Assembly: GCF_009914755.1 (NCBI RefSeq)
Contig: NC_060932.1
Length of the DNA stretch: 64,000 nt
Origin: the human T2T-CHM13v2.0 reference genome, Homo sapiens
Reading direction: 5' to 3' (one strand)
A program made the position numbers and the translations under genes. The first letter of the stretch is position 1. The number at the start of each line of letters is the position of its first letter. The notes beneath the pieces are model-generated. The model was given only the letters and a program-made list of their open reading frames with translations. It was not told the DNA's origin and ran no database searches. Shown piece by piece: positions 1-16,935 of the stretch.

Positions 1-364
1 TTTTCAGAGCCATAGCAAGAACAGAAGGTAGCCTTTTTTTTGTAGACTGATAGCCTGGACACGAGGATGATGGTGTACTCATTTCATATGTAATTCACCT
101 GCTTCTCAAATAAACTGAATACTGTCTTAGATTTGCTTTTTCAAAAACGCATTGTGTGTTGTTTTTAAATTACATCAACGGACAGTGGGCTTCCCAGAGA
201 ATGGAATGGTGGCAGTTTGTCAGCTCTGTATTGCCAAGGAAAATATTTGGCTGCATATAGGGTTTCCTGAGAGCAAGTTAGTACACGACCTCAATCTTTT
301 CCAAGCTTATCGTAATGCCGTAAGGCTATGCTGATTCAGCAAAGCAATAAATAATCACTTGCAA

Positions 365-462
365 AATGCCCTGCTTCACAGGGATGTTATGAGACTTAAT
401 AAAATAATGCATGTGAAGCACTCTGAGCTCTACAGAAGAAAGGCAGGAAGTAATAATATTAT
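365..462 (+). mobile_element. Ancient CORE-type SINE fragment (MIR-related)
   Basis: cctgcttcacagggatgttatgagacttaataaaataatgcatgtgaagcactctgag resembles the 3' part of MIR/CORE SINEs. Confidence 0.5.
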
Positions 463-2463
463 TCTGCATTTATAATGACAAGCAGTCTTACAATGGCAAA
501 AATCTAATAGACCTGTTCACAAATTACAAATAAAAACTAGCTTAAATAATTTAATTGTACAACAAAAAAAACCTGAAATCATTTCAGTCTGAAAAGTGGA
601 ATGAACAGACTTCATAAGGCTAAGTCAAAATGAAAAGAAATAGACAAGTTTCTACTAAACAGAAAGATTATATTGCTTTGTGAGAGAATAGAAATGGAAT
701 CAGAAACTTACAAGAAAGAAAAGTATATTTTATTAAAATTATTTTGTGACATTGCTGTTATGAATTAAATTTAGTTATATTTCTATGGCTTTCTTACTAA
801 TAAATTTTAAATCAAAGTCAGTATTAACAGTAATAAAATTTCTTCAGTTATCAATGATAAAACTGATTTAACTCTCAGTAGAATAAAACATGAATACTAT
901 ACCAAATGTACATTGTTTCTTTTTAACAAATTAAAATAATGCTGGATTTTCTTTCTCTTCTTTTCTTTCTTTCTTCCTTTTTTGCCAACAGCATTTGTCT
1001 TATGGATGGGAAATGCCTATTTCTTTTTCCTCCAGACACGCCCAGCCAAAGGAACACGATGCATTAAATTCCACTTCATTTGGGGTGTCTCTCTACCAGA
1101 GCTGGCCAGGTTGAAGTGGCATTGCTAGGCTCTTAGGTGCCACTGAATTTACTGGATAGTGACGGGCCTTCTTGGTTCAGCAGATGCCATTTTCTCAAGG
1201 AAATCTCAGAATTTCAGGGGATCCAAGCTGTTTACCCTCTGTGCTTCCACAACATGTCCATAATATCATTTACTGTATCATATAAATCGTCTTATTTGAT
1301 CTAGATCTCAGAACTCCCTCAAGATTGTCCAGTCTCTGAGCCAGAAATTCCATTTTTCATCTGTGTATCTCTATTCACCATGCAACTGCTGACCCATGTA
1401 GACACCATGTAGACCCAAGTGACCCACACTCTGGAGAAAACACTGTTTCCCTCAAGTGGGCTGAACAGGCTGTACAGCAGCAACTTCAAGCACATGGGAC
1501 GAGGAATTTTACTCTCTAATTTTCATTTGTAATTTTGTTTTAGAGAAGTAGTAGTTTATGTTTTCTTTTTTAAAAATACATGATATTAGATGGTGGAAAT
1601 GCAAAGATGAAAAAGACAAGCTCTGCCTCTTATAGGGTTTAGGGTGCACTGCCACGGTTAAGCCAAGTGCTGAAATGGGGTTAGTGGATTATCGTGATTA
1701 AAGTGTTAGGGATTTATGAACAAAAGAAAAATTAAATTTGAAATTTGTGAATTCATAAGTATTAAAAAGGTTTTTCTTTATTTAGCTAGAAGACTCCACT
1801 TGTTTGGAGAGTATAGGAAACAGCATTGATCTGGATGCTGAATAAAGAAAGACTCTAATTATCTAAGATTTTCACTAAGAATGCTTTCATCAGAGAATGA
1901 ACATAGCAAAGCTGATTACTTAACTCAAAATAAACTTCCATCAACACACCAGGAACAATACATACACCTCAGGATGCTAACAGGGCCTAATTAGTTCTCT
2001 GAAGTATAACAGCTCAAAAAAATTTTTGGAAAATAAAAATGTGAAGATTAATAATCTCTTATATTATCCTCTCAGGATAAATCCAATTGCCAAGGAAATT
2101 AGACTTACAAATCTCAAAAATTCAGGCTAAGAACATACCCTGCAGGAATAAAAAGAAATCTGTTAATTTTTCAAAACTAAACCCAGTTAAGTGGTAGACT
2201 TAGAGAAAAACCTACAATCATGGAACTACAAAAGCATCTATACAAAGAGGAGTTATACTATCTGTCCTTTCTAAAGAAACTATGAGTCACTAAGTCAGGA
2301 ATGGAACTAAATAAAACTCATTGGTGTTTAGATCTTTGCTCTCACGTATCCGAATATGGATTGGGAGCTCAATTAAAACCTTGATTTCCAAAAACAGAGA
2401 GGGTTTAGTAGAGTATATGAAAGTACCTCAGGGGCTCTTCAGACGAATTACTATAATAAACTA

Positions 2464-2763
<300 letters not shown>

Positions 2764-3520
2764 TAAAGTAAAAGAAAGTTGGAAGAAGATGAACTTCAAA
2801 TGACTACATTATAAATGAGAAAAATCAGGGGAATGGGAGTCTAAAAATCAAGGATCATTTGTGGAGGATACTTTGGTAAGGGAGCTAAAAGCAGTGGACC
2901 TAACAGCAAGAAAACTAATTGAGAAGCTGGTAGGTACATGACTTTGACACAAGAATATCTGATACTGCAGGTCTTTACAAACACTGATACCAGGTCCATA
3001 AACTTTCAGCTTCATCATGAATGACTTCTCCCACTCTCACTCCAAGGGTCATTTCAAAAAAAGTTAAATTGTTCATCATTTGTGTGCTTTAAAAAAATAT
3101 GAAAATAGCCTTATTGTGTCCTATAGGCAAGGAATGGGCAGAGAGTATATTCTTACAATTCTGAGTGACTACTATAATGAATAGACAGAAATCAAAGATA
3201 AAACTTCTATCAATTTGAAGCCACTGAAGTAGTAAACAAAAACTCAAATGTCCACCTGGTTAGCCAGGTAATGTACAATCACTTCAGTACTGAAATAATG
3301 CCAGTCAAAAGACAGACAGGGTGGATTTCTATCCACTCCTCAAGCTGCACACATAGCCTCACCCACATTTCCTAGTCCCCCCACTTAGAATATCCTCTGG
3401 CATAGGGAGCTCCTAGAAAATTAGACTGAGTTTTCCTCTGAAGAGATGAACCTTACATTAATTCTTCATGTAATAAAAGACTCATCATTTACCTATACAG
3501 TGGCCTTTGTCTCTAAGAAA

Positions 3521-3571
3521 AGGAGGAAGAGAGAGGGAGGAAGAGAGAGGGAGGGAGAGGGAGAAAGAGAC
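3521..3571 (+). repeat. Polypurine GA-rich low-complexity tract
   Basis: aggaggaagagagagggaggaagagagagggagggagaggg. Confidence 0.8.
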
Positions 3572-3671
3572 ATACACAAATGGGATATGTTTTTATAGAA
3601 GTGAGAGAGACCCATGAGAATCTCCTGTGAGATTAAAAGAGATAAACTGAGGGGTTTCTAAAGACTGAAAA

Positions 3672-3990
3672 GGCCAGGGACGGTGGCTCATGCCTGTAAT
3701 CCCAGAACTTTGGGAGGCCGAAGTGGGTGGATCACCTGAGCTCAGGAGTTTGAGACCAGCCTGGCCAACATGGCGAAACCCCATCTCTACTAAAAATACA
3801 AAAATTAGCTGGCCATGGTGGAAGGCGCCTGTAATCCCAGTTACTTGGGGAGGCTGAGGCAGGAGAACCGCTTGAACCTGGGAGGCAGAGGCTGCAGTGA
3901 GCTGAGATCGTGCCACTGCACTCCAGCCTGGGCGAGAGAGTGAGAATCCGTCTCAAAAAACAAAAATAAAAATAAAAACAAAAAATAAAA
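3672..3990 (+). mobile_element. Alu (AluS-like)
   Basis: Full dimer, TSD aaagactgaa. Confidence 0.95.
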
Positions 3991-4699
3991 GACTGAAGAC
4001 AACATGGGAGAGTTGAAACCAAGCTTTACATGTATTTCAAAGAATACATTTCCAATTGTATCTGTACGTGGAATACCATTTAGTAGGAGTTTTTAAGATT
4101 TGCTGAAAGTTTGTGACTTTTCCCTTATTTTACTTTGTTATTACAGTAACAATCCTTACTCCCCAAAGAGTTGAGCATTTGCTTCAGGGACAACTGTACA
4201 TAAAAACCTGAATTTTGTGCTACAGCGGACCAGAGGAGGGGAAAAAAAAGAAATAAACTGATGGCTAGAGGAAGACAGCAGAATGGGAAGCAGGTGACTT
4301 ATAAAGTAAAGGAAGGAACTTTGCCAGAGTCTTAGAAGAGTTACTGTGCTAGCCTGAGCCCTTAGTAGCTCCTGGCTTCCAGCCTGTGCATACACCTGTG
4401 ACTGGACAACCCCACCACCCACGGGCCTGCCCCTCTGCTCCTAAGAGTCTTGCCTGGTATTTCATGGCAGTGGAGGCCTGCAAAGGGAGGAGCCAGGACA
4501 CTACCAGGGCAGAAAGGAAGGAAGAGGCAACCATGCTCCAGGCTTCTCTGGAAATCCAGAACAGATCTTCCCAGGAAATATATGGATGTGTTGATCAATT
4601 AGCCTCTATAGTATCCCTCCTTGTAATAAACATTGGGTCAGTGGTTCCCACCTTTTGGGGTAAGAGGGCTCTTTTTAACATCAATAAAAATGGAGACCT

Positions 4700-5021
<322 letters not shown>

Positions 5022-6834
5022 TCATACTTGAAAATGATATATAACATGAAGAACAGGTTACAGTAAGTTCAGTAATGCTTCTAAAAGAACTATCTATCAT
5101 TACACCATCAGAGCTATATGCACCACATAGATTAAGAACTTCTCTCGTTAGATGCAATATTGATAACAATAGGCCTTATGGAGCTGGTCCAATAATCTAA
5201 TCACCAAAATTTGCATTGGTTTGATAGAAAATACCCTCCATTCTGAACAATTAACTTATAGTTAAATCTCAGAAAAAGAAAAGGTTTAAAGGTTAAAAGG
5301 TCTCTTTCTTTCTTAAGAAAGCATGGAAGTGAGGGAAAAAAAAGACTCCCAAATGCAATCACACAAGGTATATACTTCCATATTATCTAAGAGACAAAAA
5401 TATGTAACAACTTCTGATCTTTGACAATTCAGCTATCTAACAATATTCCAAATAAAATGTACTATGTGTAATTTTTTCCCCTCATCTGACATAAAGGATC
5501 TACAAATTGAAGATGGTCTACCAGAGGAAAAAAGCTTTTAAGAAGTTGAGTTTAATCATGTCAATCCCAAAAGAGCTTGCTTCTTTTCCTCTTCTGTTTC
5601 CTCCCATCAGATGTAACAAAATGAATACACCACTTGGAATCTTACAGAATGGTGGTATGCGCATGCCCATCTAATGTAGACAGGCTTAAATAAGAAATCA
5701 CCACTGCTCTGAGAACCACTTCGGGCCTAAAGAAATAGAGGATACAGGCTCCCCAAAACGACCTCAGAGTTCTGTAATGTTTGCTATCTGGTGTTAACTG
5801 GCAGTGGAAAGGCATCTCAGTGATGAATGTACGGGAAGCAGCACCACGCTGATATTGGCATTATTTATTTTACTCTTCTTCCTCAGACAAAATTTCTTAT
5901 TTCCAAAAAAGACAGCTCCAACTGGACTCTAAATCTATTACAGATATCAAGGTTCTAACACTGGAAGAGCAGAATCCAAGTCTGTTTTAAATGAACAACT
6001 TTTCTCTGCTGTGTATTTTTTCTATGTGACTATGTTGAATTGGGGTTTCCTTTTGTACAAAACAACAGAAATGAGAAACATAGGCAAAGATGCAATTTCA
6101 TATCTAAAATTTTAAGTGTAAATATTTGAAATCTAATAAATTCATTTTCTAGGTGGAAGTTCAGATTTTACATTCTTTTCCAGAACACAAGTTAAAACAC
6201 ACTGCATACGGTCTTGTATATAGCTAAGCACTCTTGGCCCTCAGATTACATTCCTTCATTTTTGATCAATGATGTAATGAATACTGGGGTGGTCACAGTG
6301 ACTATCTGCAAAGTCTGTTTTGCTCCCAACATACTTCCCAAAATGGGAGAGAACACCTTAACAAGGCCAGTGTTGTTTATCTAAAGGTTACATCGCACAA
6401 GTGAAGATGGACAGATCTTATGATGGACAACAGAACATTCACTCTGACAGAAAAATTCCTCATCTGCTCACATAGGGGTACAAAATGAATGTTCTAAAAC
6501 AAGCCTGGTATCCAATATTCTGGCTAAATACCAAGAAGTCTTTTTTGGTCTAGAGAGCAACTTTCTGTTTTTCTGGGCTCTTTTATCTTCTTTTTTTTTT
6601 TTTTTTTTTTCCTGACAGGAAAAGCTGACCTGCCTTGAAAGTGTGCATCATCTTCTGAAATAGGGATCTGCAAAAAATATTCTTCCTAGTAAACTAAAAC
6701 TCGGTGTCTCTGTGTTTCAAATAACAGCTGATACCATGCTTACCCAATTGACTCCTAACAACCTTCTTCCAAATGGCAGACAAAGCCAAGAGTAAACAGC
6801 TGGGTAACAGGTTTAATTGTCTTTCCACTTCACT

Positions 6835-7060
6835 GGGAGACAGTGGATGTGGAGCTAGGTAGAGATCTAGACTTCAATGCTAGTCCTACCACTTATTAGC
6901 TGTGTGACTCTAGAGAAGTCTGGAGTCTAGACCCAAACCTAGGTTCTTCTTCTGTAAAATGGAGATAATAACTCAACTTACCTACAGGGAGTGTTGCAAG
7001 GCTGAAATGAGATGACGTATGAAAGAGCAGTGCCTGGCACCAAGTCAGCACTCTGTATGT
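6835..7060 (+). mobile_element. MIR SINE
   Basis: ctaccacttattagctgtgtgact...tctgtaaaatggagataata...cagtgcctggcac. Confidence 0.75.
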
Positions 7061-7136
7061 GTGAATTCTCATTTCACTGTAGTAGCTGACCCTTTTGCTT
7101 TTGACAGAGTATATGTGACAGACTTTGCTAGTACAT

Positions 7137-7459
7137 AAGGATGGATCTGCATTTTGTAGGGCCTGGAGCTTAATTACAGGGAAGGGTGTCTCTTTAAGAG
7201 TAAAAAATTGAGTATAAAAGTGAATATTTACATAGAATGAGAAAAGAGCTGTAAACACTAGAGTGATGAACAAGATTCAAATTTCTTCTTCTGAGAACTC
7301 TGTAGATAATAATCTGAAATGCTTCTGAAGAAGTGCTTCCTGATTGAAACGTGGGGTCCTATCTAGAACACTCTATAGCTCCTGGCACATATAGGACCCA
7401 TACAAGTAAGGGGTCCTGAAGCTTAAGCTTTGTCAGCCTAGAGGGAATTCTGCCTCTGA
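7137..7459. mobile_element. Old non-autonomous DNA transposon, probably hAT-type
   Basis: Ends resemble hAT MITE termini (ggatctgcattttgtagggcctggagctta ... gggtcctgaagcttaagctt...ctgcctctg); family uncertain. Confidence 0.4.
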
Positions 7460-8008
7460 AAATGTACAATATAAAATTTTCACTTAATTATTTTTATGTC
7501 ATTCATCTGGCTTTTGGCTTGTAATATTAATTACATCTTATGTTCTATATTTTATCTTTACAAGCAGATTGTTAGACCAAAGTTCTTGATATTTACAAGT
7601 CCCTTAAATATAAATGGTCATACAGGAATCACTGTTTCATCTGATGATCCCCGGTGGCTACAGAAATCCCACGTTCCATTGCATCCTGCTACACCGCTTA
7701 CAACTTTCTTCCCAATAGCTGCTTCACCACATTCCTTTAAGAGACCAATTCATTCCCACCCCAAACACCGTGTGGTCACATCTTCTTGTGCTCCACACCA
7801 CGCCAAACTACAGCCACCTGTGAGAAGAGTGGCCCAGAAGGAACAGCATTATAGGGGACATCATTCATTGAACCCCATATTTTATGTTCCTTTTAAGACA
7901 ACAGAAAGGCATGAGTGCTCTGAATACAGAGCAGCAGTATTCAGATAGTGTTCATGGCCATGAGGAATTCTCGCATCTGGAGGAGGAAGAAGAATAATAA
8001 CCTTTCCT

Positions 8009-8338
<330 letters not shown>

Positions 8339-9749
8339 CTATGATGGATATACATCGGCGATGAAAGCCTGGTTAGAAATGCTTAGATGTGCAGAACATA
8401 CAGGACCCTGGATTAGAGACAGTTATGACCTAAAGGTGCTGTTTGCTATAGTGCTTCCTTAACCTATAATGCCTCAGAGGCCTTGACTACAGCCTACATA
8501 AGATTTAAGGTTTTTAATGAAACCACATCTAACTCAAATTATCAAAATCTCTTTTCTGAACAATATGTGTTAAAACTACCTCTAAAAAACTATCTCTAAA
8601 GACACAGCAATAACTATTACAAATCTTTATTTTTATTTTGAATGTGTTGCTTTTGGAATTTCTCTGTGGAACAACATTTTCTGTCTTAACAAACAAAGGC
8701 AAAGTTGAAGACATGACAACCATTCTCAGGTAGGTAATGGAATGCGGAGGTGAAAGATCACAGGCTGCAGAATAACCAGACTGCGCTTTGGGTTCTAGTT
8801 TGTCACTGACTAGTTTTAAGGCCTCAACCTTACTACTGTTTTTGTGTATCAGTTTCCTTATCTATGAAACATAGGCAATAATTCCAATCCTGAGGCAGTC
8901 TCACAGATCTATTCTATGGACAGAGTGTAGAATGCAGTAGGCGTCTAAATGGGATGAGGTAGCTGAAAACAGTATGTATGAATGCATTTACATGACATTC
9001 TCTTAACGCTGCTAAAGAAAAAAGTATAGTTAAGTAGCCCTGGATACAAGGAATTTTGATTCTTAGTATTAGACTTTATTTAAACATTACCCATATGGTG
9101 AACTTCAATATACTCCCGGAGATCAAAAAACGTTTTACTTCCTACCTTCTCTTATCCCACTTTCCTTTATATCACTATATATCTACATCAACCTATCAAT
9201 CAATCAATCATAGTACTTACTAATTTGCTATTATTACTTCTTCTTTTTCTTAGATCCAGGTATCAGCTTTATTACCTACTAAATGCAGGCACAGGCCAAG
9301 CTGGACCCCCACTGGCCTCCCTTGAGGGTGGGTCCCTACGTCAGGGAGGGTGAGGGACATATGCTGAGGAGCAGCTATTCTAAAAAAGCTTTAACGATTT
9401 CTTTGTTGTCTGCACAGCCTGAGAGCCCCACAACGACAGGGACAGTGCTTTACAGGTCTTTATATTCCTGATGGCTAGCACAGTGTTTGAACATAGAAGA
9501 TATCTGGCCAATGTGTCCTGAACGTAAGTATGAATTAATAAGAAATCACCATGTTTAAATATAATTATGGCATATTCCCTGGTCATTTGGTCATTTCCAG
9601 ACCATATCATTGGAATTTATTTTAAACTGACACAGCAGTTAATGAAAGTCCTTAAATGTGTTCTTTTTCTTCATTATTCTATTCATACCTTCTTAAAGCA
9701 TCTGAAGAAAACCTTGGATTTCTTGCTGCTTTCACATTTTCTCTAAAAG

Positions 9750-10028
<279 letters not shown>

Positions 10029-10199
10029 TAAATGCTTATTAAGTATCTCTTATGTACAAGACAGGTAAAAGGGTATAAAAATTATTAAGATAAGGTTCCT
10101 CCACAAAAGAGCTGTCGTGGTAATGGTAATAGGGAGTTTTTTGTGTTTTGTTGTTGTTGTTTTCAGTTTAAACTACACTACAAGCCAAAATGATGTATA

Positions 10200-11620
<1,421 letters not shown>

Positions 11621-11804
11621 TCATAAGGAGGCAGAACTCAGATCTTTCTTGGTCCCAGGCCACATCCTGCCATCTCCCTATTCACTCCTCTGTTAGCTGT
11701 AGGCTAATTACATCCATTGACAGCCAACTAGGCCAGAATTTGCTAAAAGAAACATCTTTAATACTCACGCTATCAGGATTTTTCGTACCTCTATATAATG
11801 TATA

Positions 11805-12154
11805 CAGTCAGCCTTCTGTATCCATGGGTTCTGCATTGGTGGATTCAACCAACCACAGATTGAAAATATTCAGGAAAAGATGGATGGTCTGTACCAAACA
11901 TGAACAAGCTTTTCTTTTTCCCCCCTTGTCATTATTCCCTAAACAATACACTATAACAACTATGTATATAGCATTTATATTGTTTTACATATTATATAAT
12001 AAGTAATCTACAGATGATTTAAAGTAAACAGGAGGATGTGCATAGGTTATACACAAATACTATACCACTTTATATCAGGGACATAAGCATCCAAGGATTT
12101 TGGTATCCATGGGGGTCCTGGAACCAATCCCCCATGGATTCAGAGGGGTGACTG
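11805..12154 (-). mobile_element. MER2 (TcMar-Tigger MITE)
   Basis: Terminal inverted repeats ta|cagtcagccttctgtatccatggg ... cccatggattcagaggggtgactg; internal ggattttggtatcc...ggaaccaatcccc; about 350 bp. Confidence 0.85.
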
Positions 12155-12519
12155 CATAAAATATGTATATTTATTTATAAGGTACACGTATGTACCTCTG
12201 TTAGAATGAACATCAAATATTATTGGAGTTCAATATTATGGGTCCTGGTTTATCTATTCATTTCTAGCTGAAAGGCAAGAGACCAACCACCTTCCATGAA
12301 GCCCAAGCAAGATCACTTCCTAAGGCATACAGCATTACTGCCTTACTCTAGGGATGGATTTTGCACTGTAATTTACTGATCTGTGGCCTGTCTCTCCTAC
12401 TGCTCAACTCCAGCTCCATGAAGAAGGCATTCATTAAGGGTTTCCTGACTGACAAAATCATTGTGTAATTCTGACTCGCCACTACCTATCCCTAGTCAGG
12501 TGACACAATTGAAGGAACA

Positions 12520-13068
12520 ATAATTGCTACAACATGGATAAAGCTTAAGGACATTACACTAAGTGAAATGAGCCAGTCACAGAAGGGCAAATATTACATG
12601 ATTCTACTTACACAAGGTAACTATAATAGTCAAATTCATAGAAGATGAACAGTAGTGATGGTTACACAAAAATGTGAATGTAAGGCCAGGTGTGGTGGTG
12701 CATGCCTGTAATCATCCCAGCACTTTGGGAGGTCGAGGTGGGAGGACTGCTTCAGCTCAGGAGTTCAAGGCCAACCTGTGCAACATAGCGAGAACTCAAC
12801 ACTACCAAAAAAGTCAAATGTGGTGTTGTACACCTGTGGTCCTAGCTACTTGGGAGGCTGAGGTGGGAGAATCACTTGAGCCCAGGAAGTCAAGGGGCTG
12901 CGGTGAGCCACGATTACACTACTGCACTCCAGCCTGGGTAACAGGGTGAGACTGTGTCTCAAAAAAAAAAAAAAAAAAAAAAAAGTAAAGTGAATTTACT
13001 TAATGCCACTGAACTGCACATTTAAAGATGGTAAATTTTATATTATGAATATTTACCACAACAAAAAA
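12520..13068 (+). mobile_element. Old L1M 3' end fragment split by an Alu
   Basis: acatggataaagcttaaggacattacactaagtgaaatgagccagtcacag ... aatgccactgaactgcacatttaaagatggtaaatttta. Confidence 0.8.
12684..12984 (+). mobile_element. Alu (AluJ-like) nested in L1
   Basis: Diverged dimer with poly-A and degenerate TSD gtgaat.ta. Confidence 0.92.
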
Positions 13069-13989
13069 GGTCAAATTAAAATCAATTCTCAGGTTAAAGG
13101 ATAATTGGTATTTAGAGTCTTTAAATCAATAAGTATTACAAGCAGAACTGCAATTCTTGTAATTTTGTGAAGTATCCTCTACAGTCACATTCACAGAAAA
13201 TCTCTTAACAAAATATGAACCAGAATCTGACATGCTGATAAACACACCTCTGGAGTAAAAGCTGGACTAGCAATGATAATCTCCAAGTCCAGAACTGCAG
13301 GTCAACTTTTTAGCAGACTTTGCACTCATGACAACACCTAAGCTGTAAGAGGCTCCATTTCTTACCTATAAAGCTGAGGTGAAGAACACTATTACTGTTG
13401 CCCCGGAGTTATTACCTTACAAATCTCAGGGATGGGGATGATAAGAGGATAAAAACACAAGCTCCTACACTGATTACCAGGGATAAATGACTCAGTAATT
13501 AACAAAAGGTGAACATTTTGTAAGAAGAAATGAACTAAAATATTTCAGAGTGAGCAGCAGTAATAAGAGGAGGAAAGAACTGGAAGTGAGTGCCTCTATT
13601 CTGCCCATGCCCAAACTACAGATAGAAGGACAGCCATTACACTTCTTCTTTCCCTGTAACCTGTATAGGAAGTCTAACGTAGCAAAAAGCTTCAGCGCAA
13701 GAAATACTCTTTAGGGGGACATGAGAAACGACTGAAATGAGGCAAAATGTCCAGAAAGGAGATGTCAATGCCATGGTGGTTTTCTCTCATTCTCCTATTG
13801 ACTTCTAATCTGCCTCAAAGAATCCTCCTTCCTGTACCTTAGAATCTCCCCGCTCCCATTTTCTTGGCCTATGATCATGTTTAGTGCCCTAGATTATTCA
13901 GTGATAAATATTATGATACTTGACTATAGAAGGCATTCTGTGATGCAATATAGTATTAGATAATTATTCTTTTCAAAATATCTCCTTGG

Positions 13990-14760
13990 AAAAGATGTTC
14001 AACATCACTATTCAGCAGGAAAATGCAAATGAAAACCACAATGAGATATCACCTCACACCTATTAAGGACAGCCACTATCAAAACCACCCCCAGAGAGTA
14101 AGTGTTGGTGAGAGTATGGGAAAATGGAAAGTCTTGCACACTGGTGGTGGAATTGTAAAATGATGCATCCACTATAGAAGACACTATGGAGGTTCCCTGA
14201 AAATTTAAATGCAGAATTACCATGTATAAGCCAGTAATCTCACTTCTGGGTATATACCCAAAAGAATTGAAAACAGGATCTCAAAGAGATATTTGCATCC
14301 CCATGTTAATTGCAGTATTTTATTCATAACAGCCAAGATATGGAAGCAATCTATATGTACATCAATGGATAAATGAATAAAGAAAATGTGGTATATAACA
14401 CAGTAGAATCTTATTCAGGCTTAAAAAAAGAAGGAAATCCAGTCACATGCCACAAAATGGATGAACCTTGAAGACATTAAGCCATGTGAAAGAACCCCAA
14501 TCACAAAAAGACAAATACTGCCTTGTTTTATTCATATAAGGTATCCGAAGTAGTCAAACTAGCAGAACTAGAAACTAGAATGGTGATTGTCAGGGGCAGG
14601 GAAACAGAGTTGCTGTTTACTGGGAACAGAGTTTTACTCATGCAAGATGAAATTCTAGAGATCCACTGTACAACAATGTGCATATAGTTAACAATATTGT
14701 AATTTACACCTAAAAATTGGTAAGAGAGTCAATTTACTTTATGTGCTTATTTACTACCCC
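13990..14760 (+). mobile_element. L1MA/MB-type 3' fragment
   Basis: L1 ORF2 end and 3'UTR motifs (caacatcacta...gaaaatgcaaatgaaaaccacaatgagatatcacctcacacc). Confidence 0.88.
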
Positions 14761-14822
14761 ACCCACAAATTCACCAACCAAAAAAAAGTCTCCTTGGAAG
14801 GACCAATGAAAATAGTTGCAAG

Positions 14823-15308
<486 letters not shown>

Positions 15309-15404
15309 CTACCAGTACAACAGATTTTTAAAATAGGATCGTTCTTATTGATTTGTTTTTAAAAAAACAAACCCAAAACAAACACCCATGAAAAATGTAC
15401 TTTA

Positions 15405-15525
15405 CTATAATCCCAGCTACTTAAGAGGCTGAGGTGGGAGGATCACTTGAACTCAGAAGTTTGAATCAAACCTGGGCAACATTGCAAGACCTCAACTGAA
15501 AAAAAAAAGAAATAAGAAAGAAAGA
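15405..15525 (+). mobile_element. Alu monomer fragment (FLAM/FAM-like)
   Basis: ctataatcccagctacttaagaggctgaggtgggaggatcacttga... plus A-rich tail. Confidence 0.8.
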
Positions 15526-15937
15526 AACAGAAAAACCTACTTTAAACCTAAGCTAACCAGTGAATGACAATAATAAACAGTGGTATTTGTGCTCTTATAT
15601 CTTTTGTTTATTTCTATGTTTAAACTCTTCTCCCTACCACAGCACAAATATTTAATTCATTTCTCAAAAATTGGCATCATTCTTCAAACTAAAAGAATGA
15701 ATTAAATGTAAACATCAGCTCACAGAAATTTAAATGTACTCGGCAAATTCTTACATGAGTTATTTCAAAACCAATATATCTAATATCTGCGCAGCACTAA
15801 CATAAAATGTGAATGTGCGTTCTATATTATATATTCTAGTCTAAAACAATATGTCTATTTAAAACATTAGAGAAAATATTCCATGGTAATTAAAGTTCCT
15901 AATAAAAAATTATAAAATACTTCTTTTCATAGGATTC

Positions 15938-16227
<290 letters not shown>

Positions 16228-16629
16228 AATAGGATTTCAAAATATATTCTAGTCGACAAGCTGTGAGGATTCTTCATCCTTACAAAAACAAACAGGGCTC
16301 CAGCTATGCTTATCAGAATCTAAGAGAGTTAACAGTTCACCACCACTTGTTTTATAAAGATGTTAATGCACTATCAGGAGGCAAACAAAAATATTGTAAA
16401 TAATATTTGTCACAAGATAGGTTGTAATCTGTAATCCTTGTGCAAGGATGGGAATGTATTCACTCAGTTACTATAATACAAATGTTATGTTCTTAAATTT
16501 AGGGCAGTATTTTCTCCTGATATAAAACCATTACACAAGGCTGAATAAAGGCCAGGAATCAGAAAAATCCAACAAATATTTATTTTACATAAACTAAGAA
16601 CAAACATCATACTCAAAACCGCTGCAGGT

Positions 16630-16935
16630 GGCTGGGTGCGGTGGCTCACACCTGTAATCCCAGCACTTAGGGAGGACAAGGAGGGCAGATCACCTGAGCT
16701 CAGGAGTTCAAGACCAGCCTGGGCAACATGGCGAAACCCTGTCTCTACTAAAAATACAAAAATTAGCCAGGCATGGTGGTGCATGACTGTAGTGGTGCAC
16801 ACCTATAATCCCAGCTACTCAGGAGGATGAGGCACAAGAATCGCTTGAACCCGGGAGGCAGAGGTTGCAGTGAGCGGAGATCGTACCATTGCACTCTGGC
16901 CCGGAAGACAGAGCAAGACCTTGTCTCAAAAAAAG
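16630..16935 (+). mobile_element. Alu (AluS-like) with ~17-bp internal duplication
   Basis: gtggtgcatgactgta-gtggtgcacacctata; TSD gctgcaggt. Confidence 0.94.

Noticed and set aside
1630-1715. Scattered TTAGGG-like hexamers
   Set aside because: Not tandem; not an interstitial telomeric array.
7496-7948. Longest ORF in the track (150 aa)
   Set aside because: No recognisable domain, antisense intronic location and no promoter evidence; a length expected by chance in 64 kb.
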